Positions 1 to 11,200 of a stretch of DNA of 64,000 nucleotides are shown here, one piece after another. The notes under the pieces are model-generated. The model was not told the DNA's origin, ran no database searches, and saw only the letters and a list, made by a program, of their open reading frames with translations. The translations under genes were made by a program, and so were the position numbers. Each line of letters begins with the position of its first letter. Position 1 is the first letter of the stretch. This stretch comes from Corallococcus sp. AB038B (GTDB taxonomy: Bacteria; Myxococcota; Myxococcia; Myxococcales; Myxococcaceae), in NCBI RefSeq assembly GCF_003668955.1, contig NZ_RAWO01000002.1, positions 215,605-279,604 on the forward strand, in the 5' to 3' direction.

Positions 1-695
1 GGCACAAGCTGTTGCCGGTGCCGTCGCCGTTCTGCCACTTCCGGGGCGCGGTGATGCTCTACGACCCGCAGACGCGGGTGCTCTTCACGGGCGACCTCTT
101 CGGCGGCCTCACGGACAGCAAGGCGCAGGGCCTGTGGGCGGAGGAGTCCGACTGGACGGGCATCCGGGCGTTCCATCAAATCTACATGCCGGTGAACTCG
201 GCGCTGGTGCGCGCGGTGGCGGCCATCCGGAAGCTCACGCCCGCGGTGGAGATGATCGCCCCGCAGCACGGCCGCGTCATCCGGGGCAAGCTGGTGCAGC
301 AGTTCCTGGAGCGCATGGAGCGGCTCCAGGTGGGCCTGGACATCATCGACGAGGCGCAGGACCGCACGCACCTGCAGGCCTGGAGCGCGGTGATTGACCG
401 GGTGCTGAACCTGGCGCGCGGCTACCTGGGTGATTCGGTGGAGGCGAAGCTCACCGCGAGCGATCAGCTGTCGGACACGGCGAAGTTCAATGGCAAGCGG
501 CTGGAGGTGAGCCGCATGGGCAAGTGGACGCTGGAGCACGTGGTGGAAGTGCTCTGCCAGGGCGAACCCACGGAGATTTCGGGCCCCATCATGGTGGAGG
601 CCACCATCGCCGCCGCTGAATACAACCTGCCCACGCCCCACCTGGACATCGAAGGCGCAGGCGCGCCGGCCCCCGTCTCGCTGCTGGAGTCGTGA
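1..695 (+). CDS. MBL-fold metallo-hydrolase-like protein, C-terminal part (5' end outside window)
   Basis: Reading frame is open to the window start (no stop upstream of the TTG at 12). Carries 'FTGDLFGG' and 'IAPQHGRVI', resembling the distal metal-binding motifs of a metallo-beta-lactamase fold. Strong GC3 bias. Confidence 0.5.
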   Translation, partial: HKLLPVPSPFCHFRGAVMLYDPQTRVLFTGDLFGGLTDSKAQGLWAEESDWTGIRAFHQIYMPVNSALVRAVAAIRKLTPAVEMIAPQHGRVIRGKLVQQFLERMERLQVGLDIIDEAQDRTHLQAWSAVIDRVLNLARGYLGDSVEAKLTASDQLSDTAKFNGKRLEVSRMGKWTLEHVVEVLCQGEPTEISGPIMVEATIAAAEYNLPTPHLDIEGAGAPAPVSLLES

Positions 696-708
696 GAGGG
701 GAGGGCGG

Positions 709-1743
709 GTGCATTCCAAGGACCGTGACAGCGGAGGGTTGACCTACCTGGGCCCGGATGCGCTGAACGCGCGGCCGGGCAACGCCGTGGCAGAGGACGG
801 CTCGGAGCCGACGCTGCCGCAGGTGCGGACGCCCGTGTCTCCGGGCGGCACGTTGATCCAGGGCGCGGTGACGCCGCAGCCCCTGGTGCCCACGAGCCAG
901 GGCCTTGTCCCCGGGCAGGTGGTGGCGGGACGCTACCGGGTGGAGAAGTGGCTGGGGGTGGGTGGGACGTCGGCGGTGTATCAGGCGCTGGATTCGAAGA
1001 AGCACCAGCGCGTGGCGCTCAAGGTGTTGGCGGTGCCGTATGCCGACGAGGCGATGGTGACGCGCTTCCGCCAGGAGGTGGACCACGCCCGGGCGCTGGA
1101 GCACGTGAACATCCTGCATGTGTTTGACGTGGGCTCGGATGGGGACCGGCACTACCTGACGGTGGAGCTGCTGGAGGGCAGGGACCTGCGTCAGGTGATG
1201 ATGGAGGGGCGGCCTACGTTGGCCAATGCCTTGCGGTGGCTGACGCACGCCACGGTGGCGCTGGAGCACGCGCACGCGCAAGGGGTGCTGCACCGGGACG
1301 TGAAGCCCGGGAACCTGTTCATCACGCGCACGGGCGTGCTGAAGCTGATGGATTTCGGGCTCGCCAAGAGCGCGCATGTGATGGGCAACACGGCGCAGGG
1401 GGCGACGCTGGGGACGCCGGAGTACATGGCGCCGGAGCAGGTGACAGGTGTGCCCGTGTCGCCGGCCACGGACCTGTATGCCCTGGGTGTGGTGGCGTAC
1501 GAGCTGCTCACCGGGCAGCTGCCGTTCCGTCACGCGCAGCCTGTTCCGCTGATGCTGATGCACGTGCAGGAGACGCCTGTGCCTCCGAGGAAGCGGCGTC
1601 CAGAGCTGCCGGAAGCTTTCGAGCAGGTCGTCCTCACGCTGATGCGGAAGCGACCCGAGGAGCGTTACGCGAGTGCAACGGTGCTGCGCGCTGAACTGGC
1701 GAAGCTGTGGCCGCTGGCACTCCAGCACGGGCGCGCGTTATAG
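709..1743 (+). CDS. Serine/threonine protein kinase (Hanks-type)
   Basis: Gly-rich loop 'LGVGGTSAVYQA', 'ALKVL' Lys, catalytic loop 'HRDVKPGNL', 'DFGLAK', 'GTPEYMAPE'. GTG start with upstream GAGGG; stop TAG at 1741-1743. Confidence 0.85.
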   Translation: MHSKDRDSGGLTYLGPDALNARPGNAVAEDGSEPTLPQVRTPVSPGGTLIQGAVTPQPLVPTSQGLVPGQVVAGRYRVEKWLGVGGTSAVYQALDSKKHQRVALKVLAVPYADEAMVTRFRQEVDHARALEHVNILHVFDVGSDGDRHYLTVELLEGRDLRQVMMEGRPTLANALRWLTHATVALEHAHAQGVLHRDVKPGNLFITRTGVLKLMDFGLAKSAHVMGNTAQGATLGTPEYMAPEQVTGVPVSPATDLYALGVVAYELLTGQLPFRHAQPVPLMLMHVQETPVPPRKRRPELPEAFEQVVLTLMRKRPEERYASATVLRAELAKLWPLALQHGRAL

Positions 1744-1771
1744 GAGGGCTCATCCGCAGGGGGGGGCCTCC

Positions 1772-2152
1772 ATGTCTGTCAAATTCAATCACACGATCAT
1801 CGCCGCGAAGGACAAGGTCGCGTCCGCGCAATTCCTGGCGGAGTTGCTCGGGCTTCCGGAGCCCAAGCCCTTCGGTCACTTCCAGGTGGTGAAACTGACG
1901 GACGGCGCGTCGCTCGACTACGTCACCACTCAGGACGCGATCCACGGGCAGCACTACGCGTTCCTGGTGACGGAGGAAGTCTTCGATTCGTTGATAGCGA
2001 AGATCCGCGACCGGAAGATCCAGCATTGGGCCGACCCGCGCGGCCAGCATGAGAATCAAATCAACACCCATGACGGAGGCCGCGGGGTCTACTTCCAGGA
2101 CCCCAGCGGCCATTACATGGAGGCCATCACCGTGCCCTACGGCGGTTGGTGA
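1772..2152 (+). CDS. VOC/glyoxalase-bleomycin-resistance family protein
   Basis: ATG at 1772 ('MSVKFNHTIIAAKD...') inside the longer track ORF 1673-2152. A 126-aa product typical of small VOC-fold proteins; GC3 bias. Confidence 0.7.
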   Translation: MSVKFNHTIIAAKDKVASAQFLAELLGLPEPKPFGHFQVVKLTDGASLDYVTTQDAIHGQHYAFLVTEEVFDSLIAKIRDRKIQHWADPRGQHENQINTHDGGRGVYFQDPSGHYMEAITVPYGGW

Positions 2153-2208
2153 TACTTTCTCGGGGCGCGGCCCAGGCTGACGCACACCTCGAGCAGGAGC
2201 ACTCCGTC

Positions 2209-3660
2209 ATGGCTGGCAGCTTCGATGTTCTCATCATTGGCAACGGGGTCCTGGGCCTGTCCACCGCCAATGCCCTGGTTGCCCGGGACCCGGAGATCCG
2301 GGTCGCCGTCATCGGCCCCCAGGCACGGACCTACGGTGCCTCGCCGGCGGCCGGCGCGATGATGGGATGTTTCGGTGAAATCACCCGGGCGTCCGTGGCT
2401 GGGAAATACGGCCCCATCAAGCTGGGGCTGGGCCTCCAGGCCCGCAAGCTGTGGCCCACGTGGCTCGAAGGTCTCAACGCGCGGCTCCCGGAGGCGGACC
2501 GGCTGGCCATTACGCCCGGCACCTTCGTCGTGGCCAACAACCGCTCCGGGCTCATCGAGGATGAGAACTTCACCGTGATGCGCCGCACGCTCCAGCAGTA
2601 CCAGGAGCGCTTCGAGGACGTGGACCCCCTCCACATCACTGGCATGCACCCGGCCGGGGACAGCCGCCCCACCGCCGCGCTCTTCATTCCGGATGAGGGC
2701 TCCCTGGACTCCAGCCGCCTGCTGGCGGGCCTGGCCGGCGCCGCGGTGCGCTCGTCGCGCGTCTCCTTCCTGGAGGACACCGTCAGCGGGTTGCTCGTGG
2801 AGGGTGGCCGCGCCGTGGGCGTGCAGTTGGCGGATGGCCAGACGCTGAACGCGAAGCACGTGCTGCTCGCCTCGGGCGTGCAGAGCCAGAAGGTGTTGGA
2901 TTCGCTGCCGGACCTGGCCCGGCGCGTGCCTCGACTGCTGCCCGGCATGGGCACGTCGCTGGTGTTGGAGACCACGGACTTCCCCCTCAACCCCAGCGTC
3001 ATCCGCACGCCCAACCGCGCCTTCGCCTGCGGCCTGCACGTCGTGCCCCGGGGCGCCAACCGCGTCTACGTGGGTGCCACCAACAACACGATGCTCGCGC
3101 CGGCGGACCGGCCCACCGTGTCGGACGTGTTCTTCCTGATGGACTGCATGATGGAGCAGATCCACCAGGGCTATCAGAACGCGAAGCTCATCTCCACGGC
3201 GGTGGGCAACCGCCCCATCGCCATCGACACGCTGCCGCTCATCGGCGGGACGTCGGTGGAGGGCCTGTGGATCGCCTCCGGTACCTACCGCGACGGGCTG
3301 TTCCTCTCTCCGCTCGTGTCGCAGCACATGGCCGGCCTCATCCTGGGACAGGGCGGCCTGATGGAGAATGTCTTCCCTCCCGAGCGCAAGCCCATCAACC
3401 GCTTCACGCGCGAGGAGGCCATGGAGGAGACGGCGCGGCACTACGCCGCGGCCGGTTGGGAGCATGGCATCCGCATCCCCAAGGTCGGCTGGCACGAGAC
3501 GTTCGCCCGCATGTTCAAGCGCACCATCACCACCGTCTACGAGGAGATTGGCACCGACTACGTGCTGCCGCCGGAGTTCGTCTACGTCGTGGACAACGAC
3601 CGCGAGCGCATGGTGCCGTACTTCCGCGATTACTACCGGAGCGTGGACGCCGCCTGGTAG
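2209..3660 (+). CDS. FAD-dependent oxidoreductase (D-amino-acid/glycine oxidase DAO family) with ~100-aa C-terminal extension
   Basis: N-terminal Rossmann motif 'DVLIIGNGVLGLSTA' directly after the ATG at 2209. DAO-like length with an extra C-terminal tail. Convergent with the biosynthetic operon, with stop codons only 14 bp apart. Confidence 0.8.
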   Translation: MAGSFDVLIIGNGVLGLSTANALVARDPEIRVAVIGPQARTYGASPAAGAMMGCFGEITRASVAGKYGPIKLGLGLQARKLWPTWLEGLNARLPEADRLAITPGTFVVANNRSGLIEDENFTVMRRTLQQYQERFEDVDPLHITGMHPAGDSRPTAALFIPDEGSLDSSRLLAGLAGAAVRSSRVSFLEDTVSGLLVEGGRAVGVQLADGQTLNAKHVLLASGVQSQKVLDSLPDLARRVPRLLPGMGTSLVLETTDFPLNPSVIRTPNRAFACGLHVVPRGANRVYVGATNNTMLAPADRPTVSDVFFLMDCMMEQIHQGYQNAKLISTAVGNRPIAIDTLPLIGGTSVEGLWIASGTYRDGLFLSPLVSQHMAGLILGQGGLMENVFPPERKPINRFTREEAMEETARHYAAAGWEHGIRIPKVGWHETFARMFKRTITTVYEEIGTDYVLPPEFVYVVDNDRERMVPYFRDYYRSVDAAW

Positions 3661-3674
3661 CGGCGCCCCCGGAG

Positions 3675-5234
3675 CTACTCCGCCTCGCGGGCGAGCTGGA
3701 TGAGCGCGTCGGCCAGCGCGGCCATGTGTTCGGGCCGCGAGGCCGGATTGATGAAGACGGCCCGCAGGTACAGGTGGCCACTGGCGTGCCGGTAGCAGCT
3801 CACCGCGAACTTCCGGCTCTGCATCAGCCGTGACAGCAGCGCGTCGTTGCGTGCGTTCTCCCTTGCGAGCTCCTCGGGTGTCTCGCTGGCGGCCTTCGGG
3901 CGGAGGCGGAAGGCGAGCATGTTCATGGTCGGCGTGTCGGGGAAGAGCTCGAAGCAACCGCTCTTCTTCAGGCGCCGCGTGAAGTCCCGGGCGAGCGCGA
4001 AGAGGTGGTCCACGAGCCGGCCGTAGCCATCACGGCCGAAGTGGCGCAACAGCAGCCAGGCGCCCAGCGAGTTGAGTGCGCGCGAGCCGTCCAGCGTCAC
4101 CTCGCCCAGGTCGGACACCTCGCTCGTGACGAAGTAGTCCAGGCTCACCTTGCCCAGCAGCGTGAGCAGCCGCGCGTCGCGCACCAGCAGGCCGCCCAGT
4201 TGCGCGTTGAGGCCCAGCACCTTGTGGGGATCCAGCGTGACGGTGTCCGCGCCCTGGAGACCGTCGAGCAGGCCCCGGTGGCGCTGGGAGAAGAGCAGCA
4301 GGCTGCCGTGGGCGGCGTCCACGTGGACGAGCGCGCCGTGCTGATGAGCCAGCCGCATGCCCTCGCGCAATGGGTCGACGGCGCCCACTCCCGAGCTCCC
4401 CGCGGTCAGCACCACCACGGCGGGGAGCTGGCCCTGGCGCCGCGCCTCCACCAGCGCGGCCTCCAGGGCGATGGGACACAACCGGTCCTGGCCGTCGGTG
4501 GGAACGCGGTGCAGTCCCGCGTCTCCCAGCCCCAGCTGGCGGACGGCGGCGAAGATGCTGGGGTGCGAGGCCTCGGACGCGAAGACGCGCATCCCTCGGT
4601 GGCCCGTGCGGGACAGCGCCTCCACGAGTCCCAGCGCGTTGACGTCTGCCCCGGCGCGGCGCAGCGCTTCGTTGCGCAGGATGAGCAGCGCCTGGAAGTT
4701 GGATTGCGTCCCGCCGGACGTGAAGCAGCCTCCGGCCTGGGGGACGTCCGGAAACGCGAGGGACGTGAGCCAGCCGAGGACCTGTCGCTCGACGAACGTG
4801 CCCGAGCGCGCGGACGAGAAGGTGATGGGGTCCTGCGCCAGGGCGCGGATGAGCAGACCGCTGAAGACGGAGTAGTCCGTGGGCGGGACGTCCAGCTGCG
4901 CGAACCACGTGGGCGAGCGCTTGTCACGTCCGTGGGGCATCACGTGTTCGGCGACGTCCGCGAGGATGGCCTCGATGGGTTGCCCCTGCTCCGGCAGCGG
5001 CGCTTCGAAGGCCCTGGCGATGAGGCGGGCGGGGATAGGCGGGGGGACGGGGCTTCCGGCTGGGGCCCGCAGTCGCTGAAGCGCGAGGGCGACAAAGCCC
5101 TCCATGCGTGCGCGGACTTCGTCCTCGGGCAGGGCCTCGAAGGCGGCACGCAGGGCCGGGGGCAGCTCCGGGTAGGAGGGCTCGGTGACGTCGTCGTGGA
5201 TCATCGCGGCGGGGGTCACTCGTGTCGCACTCAA
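3675..5234 (-). CDS. PLP-dependent group II amino-acid decarboxylase (DABA/glutamate/aromatic decarboxylase family)
   Basis: 'TLDPHKVLG' PLP-lysine motif, 'TSGGTQSN' and overall fold II decarboxylase similarity. The track start TTG at 5234 overlaps the NRPS-PKS stop (TTGA); in-frame alternatives are GTG 5219 and ATG 5204. Last gene of the operon. Confidence 0.85.
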   Translation of the reverse strand: MSATRVTPAAMIHDDVTEPSYPELPPALRAAFEALPEDEVRARMEGFVALALQRLRAPAGSPVPPPIPARLIARAFEAPLPEQGQPIEAILADVAEHVMPHGRDKRSPTWFAQLDVPPTDYSVFSGLLIRALAQDPITFSSARSGTFVERQVLGWLTSLAFPDVPQAGGCFTSGGTQSNFQALLILRNEALRRAGADVNALGLVEALSRTGHRGMRVFASEASHPSIFAAVRQLGLGDAGLHRVPTDGQDRLCPIALEAALVEARRQGQLPAVVVLTAGSSGVGAVDPLREGMRLAHQHGALVHVDAAHGSLLLFSQRHRGLLDGLQGADTVTLDPHKVLGLNAQLGGLLVRDARLLTLLGKVSLDYFVTSEVSDLGEVTLDGSRALNSLGAWLLLRHFGRDGYGRLVDHLFALARDFTRRLKKSGCFELFPDTPTMNMLAFRLRPKAASETPEELARENARNDALLSRLMQSRKFAVSCYRHASGHLYLRAVFINPASRPEHMAALADALIQLAREAE

Positions 5235-8200
5235 GGCGTCTCTCCTCCCACGCGGGAAGGCGGGGATGGGGGCTCATCGGGTTGAACGGGGGCGGCGGGC
5301 AGGTGGGCTCGTGCAGGCGCGGCGTGCTCCAACAGCGGCGCGAGGACGCGCGCGAGCCCTTCCACCTGCGGGGGATGCAGCAGCGTGTAGTGGTCGCCAG
5401 GGACAGGGATGACGTCCAGGCGGGGAGTGAGTGCGTCCCAGCCGCGCGCGTCCGGATTGCCCGAGTCCGCGCCGACGATGAGCGTGAGGGGCACCGGAAG
5501 CGGAGTGAGCGTGTGCCTTGCGCGCGCGCGGACGTTGGCGGTGAAGACGCGGAGCAGGATGCGCAGCTCCTCCAGTCCGGACTCCGCGGAGAAGAGGCCG
5601 GTCCGCTGACCTTCGGCATACAGGTGGTGCAGCAGCGCCTCCGGTCCGCCCTCGATGACCTCCGCGGGAAGGCGGGGAGGCAGCCCGGCGAGGCGGGCCA
5701 GATCCAGCGCGAAGTGGAGGGCCAGCTCCGAGTCGTCATCCTCCATGGCGGCGTGGGCCGGGCTGGGCTCGATGAGGGCGAGCAGCTCCACGGCTTCACC
5801 GGCCTGATGGAGGTGGCGCGCCATCTCCGCCGCGATGACGGTGCCGAGCGACCAGCCTCCCAGTCGATAGGGGCCGTGAGGCTGGGCGGATCGGAGCGCC
5901 GCGACGTAGTGCCGGGCCATGGCGTCGATGGAGTCCAGTGGCGGAAGCCGGCCGTCGAGGCCCTGTGCCTGGAGTCCGTAGACGGGCTGCTCCGGGCCCA
6001 GCCGCCGCGCGAGGTCCGCGAAGGCGAGGACGTTGCCGCCCGCTGGGTGGACGCAGAAGAAGGGCGGGCGTGTCCCTCCGCGCTGGATGACGACGAGCGA
6101 GGACGTTGGGGCGGGCCCGCCATCGAGAACGGCCGCGAGCTGTTCGACAGTCGGGGCCTGGAAGAGCGCGGCGAGCGGGAGGCTCTTGCCGGTCCGCGCG
6201 CGGATGCTCGCGGCCATACGGACGGCGAGCAGTGAGTGGCCACCCGACGCGAAGAAGTCGTCGTGGATGCCGACCTGTTCCTTGTGGAGCAGCTCCGCCC
6301 AGAGCGTGGCCAGTAGCGCCTCCGTGGGAGTGCGCGGGGCGACGTAGTCGGAGGTGGCGCGGGCGTCTGGAGGCGGCAGTGCTCTGCGGTCGAGCTTTGC
6401 CTGGGCGGTGAGAGGCAAGGCGTCCAGGTGCACGAAGGCGGAGGGCACCATGTACTCGGGGAGGTGCCGCAGGAGGAAGGCGCGCAGGCTGGCGGCGGAG
6501 AGTGTGTCCGGAGCGGTCACGTAGGCGACGAGGCGCTTGTCGCCGGGGACATCCTCGCGAAGTAGGACTGCGGCCTGGTGCACGTCGGGGTGGATCAGCA
6601 GGGCGGCTTCGACTTCGGGCAACTCGATGCGGAAGCCGCGCAGCTTCACCTGGGAGTCGAGGCGGCCGAGGAACTCGAGCGAGCCGTCTGGGCGCCAGCG
6701 GGCCTTGTCACCGGTGCGGTAGAGGCGCGCGCCGGGCGTGGAGGAGAAGGCGTCAGGGAGGAAGCGCTCGGCGGTGAGGGCAGGCTGCTCGAGGTAGCCG
6801 CGCGCGAGGCCGTCACCGCCGATGAAGAGTTCACCGGGCAGGCCGACGGGAAGCGGAATGCCGTGGGCGTCGAGGATGTAGACGCGAGTATTGGCCAGGG
6901 GCTTTCCGATGGGCAGCGAGGCACCGGGGAACGTGGTGTCACGGAGGTGGAAGGCCGTGGCGAAGACGGTGGACTCGGTGGGGCCGTAGCCGTTGGTGAC
7001 GGGGAGTTGGAGGGAGTCGAGCACACGGCGCGCATGAGGAAGCGAGACGACGTCGCCTCCGGTGAGCAGGTGCTTGAGGGGGCGCAGGCCTTCGATGTGG
7101 CCGTCGACCATCTGGGAAAAGAGGCCGGAGGTGAGCCAGAGGGTGGTGATGGAGGCGCGTTGAATCAGTGCGCCCAGCTCTTCGAGGGATGGAGGAGAGG
7201 GTGGGGCGATGACGAGACGTGAGCCGTGAAGCAGGGCGCCCCAGATCTCGAAGGTTGAAGCATCGAAGGAGATGGGGGCGAGGAGCAGGAAGGACGCGTC
7301 GGGCCCGAAGTGAGTGAGGCCTGTGCTGAAGAGGGTGCGAAGGACGGCGCGATGAGGAGTGCCGACACCCTTGGGCCTGCCGGAGGATCCGGAGGTGAAG
7401 TCGATATACGCGAGGCTCAGTGGCAGGGCGGAAGGCGCAGGGGCATGGGTGGGCAGGCCCTCCAGCGCGACGTCCTCCAGCACCACGGTGCTCAAGGACT
7501 CGGGCAGCTTCGCCAGGAGTGCACGAGACGTGAGGAGGACACGCGGACGGGCGTCCTCCACCATGGCCGCGAGACGCTCGCGCGGATAGCTGGGATCCAA
7601 CGGCACATAGGCGCCACCGGCCTTGAGGATGGCGAGGAGGCCGACGACGAGCTCCAGCGAGCGGTCCAACGCGATGGCCACGCGCGAGTCGGTGGTGACG
7701 CCGAGACCGCGCAGGTGGTGGGCAAGGCGGTTGGCCTGCGCATCCAGCTGCCGGTAGGTGAGGCGCGCCACTCCGCACTCAAGTGCGAGTTTCTCGGGGA
7801 AGCGGGCGACGACCTGGGCGAAGACTTCAGGAAGGGTGGAGTCCTGCGGGTAGCTGGCCTCGGTGTTGTTCCACTCGACGAGCACCTGACGACGCTCGTC
7901 CTCTCCGAGCATGGAGACGGAGGCCAGAGGCGCGTCGAGCCGTGCCAGCAGTGCGTCCACGAGGAGGCCGAAGTGCGCGGCCATGCGCGAGGCGGTGCTC
8001 ACTTCGAAGAGGTCGGTGTTGAAGCCGAGTGCTCCCTGAAAGCCCTCGGGAGTGTCGGAGAGGATGAGCTGCAATTCGAACTTGGAGGTGGAGCCGTCCA
8101 CGTCCATGGGATGCAGTGAGAGGGCCTGCTCACGAATAGGCGCGGCGGGAGCGTTCTGCAGGGCGAAGAGGACCTGGAAGAGCGGGGCGCGGCTCATGTC

Positions 8201-11200
8201 GCGCGTGGGGTGAAGCTCTTCCACCAGCCGTTCGAAGGGGACGTCTTGATGGGCGTAGGCCCCCAGCGCCGTCTCCTTCACCTGTCGCAGCAAGTGAACG
8301 AACGACTTCTGCCCATCCACCTGGATGCGCAGTGCCAGCGTGTTGACGAAGAATCCGATGAGGCCTTCGAGCTCCCCGCGCTGACGTCCTGCGATGGGCG
8401 AGCCGACGGTGACGTCCTCCTGGCCGGAGTAGCGGGAGAGGAGCACCTGGAAGGAACCCAGCAGCAGCATGAAGGGCGTGACGCCCTCCTGGAGGCTCAG
8501 GGCCTTGAGCTGGCGGGACGTCTCGGCCGGCAGGACGACGGGCACCTGAGCGCCGTTGGAGGACTGCACGAGAGGCCGGGGCTTGTCCGTGGGCAGCTCC
8601 AGCGGAGCGGCGCCGGAGAGCTGCTGCTTCCAGTACTCCAGTTGCGCCTGGAGGACGTCACCTTGCAGCCACTGCCGCTGCCATACGGCGTAGTCGGCGT
8701 ACTGCACGGGCAGTGGCGGCAGCGGCGATGGCCTACCCTGGGAGAAGGCTTCGTAGAGGGCGGCCACTTCGCGCACCAGCACGCCCATGGACCAACCGTC
8801 GGAGACGATGTGGTGCAGCGTGAGCGCGAGCACGTGCTCGGTGGAGCCCAGGCGCCAGAGCTTCGCGCGGGCCAGGGGACCGGAGTCGAGCTGGAAGGGC
8901 CGTGAGGCTTCCTCGTGCAGCTGCGGCTCCAGGGGCAGGGCACCCGGCTCCACGACAACGAGCGGCAAATGCGCCGTGGCAGAGATGCGCTGCAGCGGCT
9001 GGCCTTCGTGCTGGACGAAGGTGGTGCGCAGGGCTTCGTGACGGCGCACCAACTCATCAAGCGCGCTGCGCAGGGAGGCTTCATCCAGGGGGCCCACCAG
9101 CCGCACGAAGGTGGGCATGTGGTAGGCGGCGCTCAGCGGTTGCAACTGGTCGATGAACCAGAGGCGCTGCTGGGCGAAGGAGAGGGGCAAGTCGCCGTCG
9201 CGCGGGACGGGACGCAGGGCGGGGGCCTGCGTGCGCGCGGCGGAGTCGATGCGCGCCGCGAGCGCGGCCACGGTGGGTGCTTCGAAGAGCGCTCGCACCG
9301 GCAGCTCCACTTCCAGCGCGGAACGGATCCGGGAGACGAGCTGGGTCGCAAGCAGCGAGTGGCCTCCCAGTTCGAAGAAGTGATCGTGAATTCCGATGCC
9401 TTCCCGGCCCAGGACCTTCTCCCAGAGAGAGACCAGCTGGGTCTCCAGCGCGTTGCGCGGGGGCTCGCGGGTCGCGGAGCCGCGTGGGGCTTCCGGTGCG
9501 GGCAGCGCCTTGCGGTCCACCTTGCCGTGGGCAGACAGCGGCAAGGCCTTCATCGCCACGAAGGCGGACGGCACCAGGTACTCCGGCAGCCGCTGGCGCA
9601 GGTGGTCTCGCAGCCGCGCGGTGTCCAGTTCCGGGGGCACGACGTAGGCCACCAGTCGCTTGTCTCCGGGGACGTCCTCGCGCACCAGCACGGTTGCCTC
9701 GGTGACGTCGGCGTGCTCGCGCAGCACCGCCTCCACTTCGCCCGGTTCGATGCGGAAGCCGCGCAGCTTCACCTGGAAGTCCATGCGCCCCAGGAACCTC
9801 AGCGTGCCGTCCTCGCTCCAGCACACGCGGTCCCCGGAGCGGTACAGCCGCTCGCCTGGGGACGCCGCGAAGGGATGCGGCACGAAGCGTTCCGCGGTGA
9901 GGGCTGGCCGCCCCAGGTAGCCCCGCGCCAGACCGTCACCGCCAATGTACAGCTCGCCTGGCACCCCCACCGGGACCGGCTGCATCGCCGCATCCAGCAC
10001 ATAGACCTGGGTGTTGGCGATGGGCCGGCCGATGGGCACGGAGCTGCCCACCGCGTCTCCGGGAGCCATCACGTGGCAGGTGGTGAAGGTCGTGCTCTCC
10101 GTGGGGCCGTAGCCGTTCACGAGGCCGCGCGACTGGGCCAGCCGCTCGCGAACCCGTGGCACGGGGAGCACATCGCCTCCGGCGAGGAGCTGCGCCACGG
10201 CCGCGAGGGCTTGGGGCTGCTCCTGCTGCATCTGGTCGAAGAGCGCCGCCGTCAGCCAGAGCACCGACACCCGATGCCGGAGCAGGGCCTGGCCCAGCTC
10301 CTCCAGCGACGGAACCGCCTGGGGAAAGAGCACCAACCGGCCGCCGTGCAACAGCGCACCCCAGATCTCCAGGGTCGACGCGTCGAACGCAAGCGGCGCG
10401 AGCTGCAACACGATCTCAGCGGGCCCCAGCTTCACGAAGCGCGAGCCGATCAACAGCCGCACCACGCCTCGGTGGGGAATGGCCACGCCCTTGGGCGTCC
10501 CCGTCGAACCCGACGTGTAGGTGACATACGCCAGCTGATCCGCACGGACGGGCGCGTGCGGCGCCTCCACCGGCTGACGTGCAATCCGTTCCCCGTCGGA
10601 GTCAAGGCACACCACCGGGCGCGAGGACTTCGGAAGCACCGGCGTCAGGGACTGCTGCGTGAGCACCGCCGCCACATCCGAATCCGCGAGCAGAAACGCC
10701 AACCGCTGGGGCGGGTAGGAAGGATCCAGCGGCACGTAGCAGCCACCGGCCTTGAGGATGCCCAGCAGTCCCACCACCAAATCCACGTTCCGGTGGAGAC
10801 AGACCCCGATGCGCGGCTCCGGACCCAGGCCCAGCGTCAGCAGGAAGCGCGCGAGCTGATTCGCACGCGCATCCAGCTGCCGATAGGTGAGCGTCGCCCC
10901 GGCTGCCTCGACGGCGACGGCGTCCGGAGTTCGCAGCGACTGTTCGTGGAAGAGCGAGTGGATGCTGGCGTCGCGTGGGTAGTCGGAAGCGGTGGTGTTC
11001 CACTCCACGAGCACCTGGCGCCGCTCGTCCTCTCTGAGCATGGAGACCGAGGCCAGGGGCGCGTCGGGCCGTGTCAGCAGCGCGTCCACGAGGCGGCCGA
11101 AGTGCGTGGCCATGCGCGAGGCGGTGCTCGCGTCGAATAGGTCGGTGTTGAAGGCGAGCGTGCCCCGGAAGCCCTCGGGGGTGTCGGAGAGGATGAGCTG

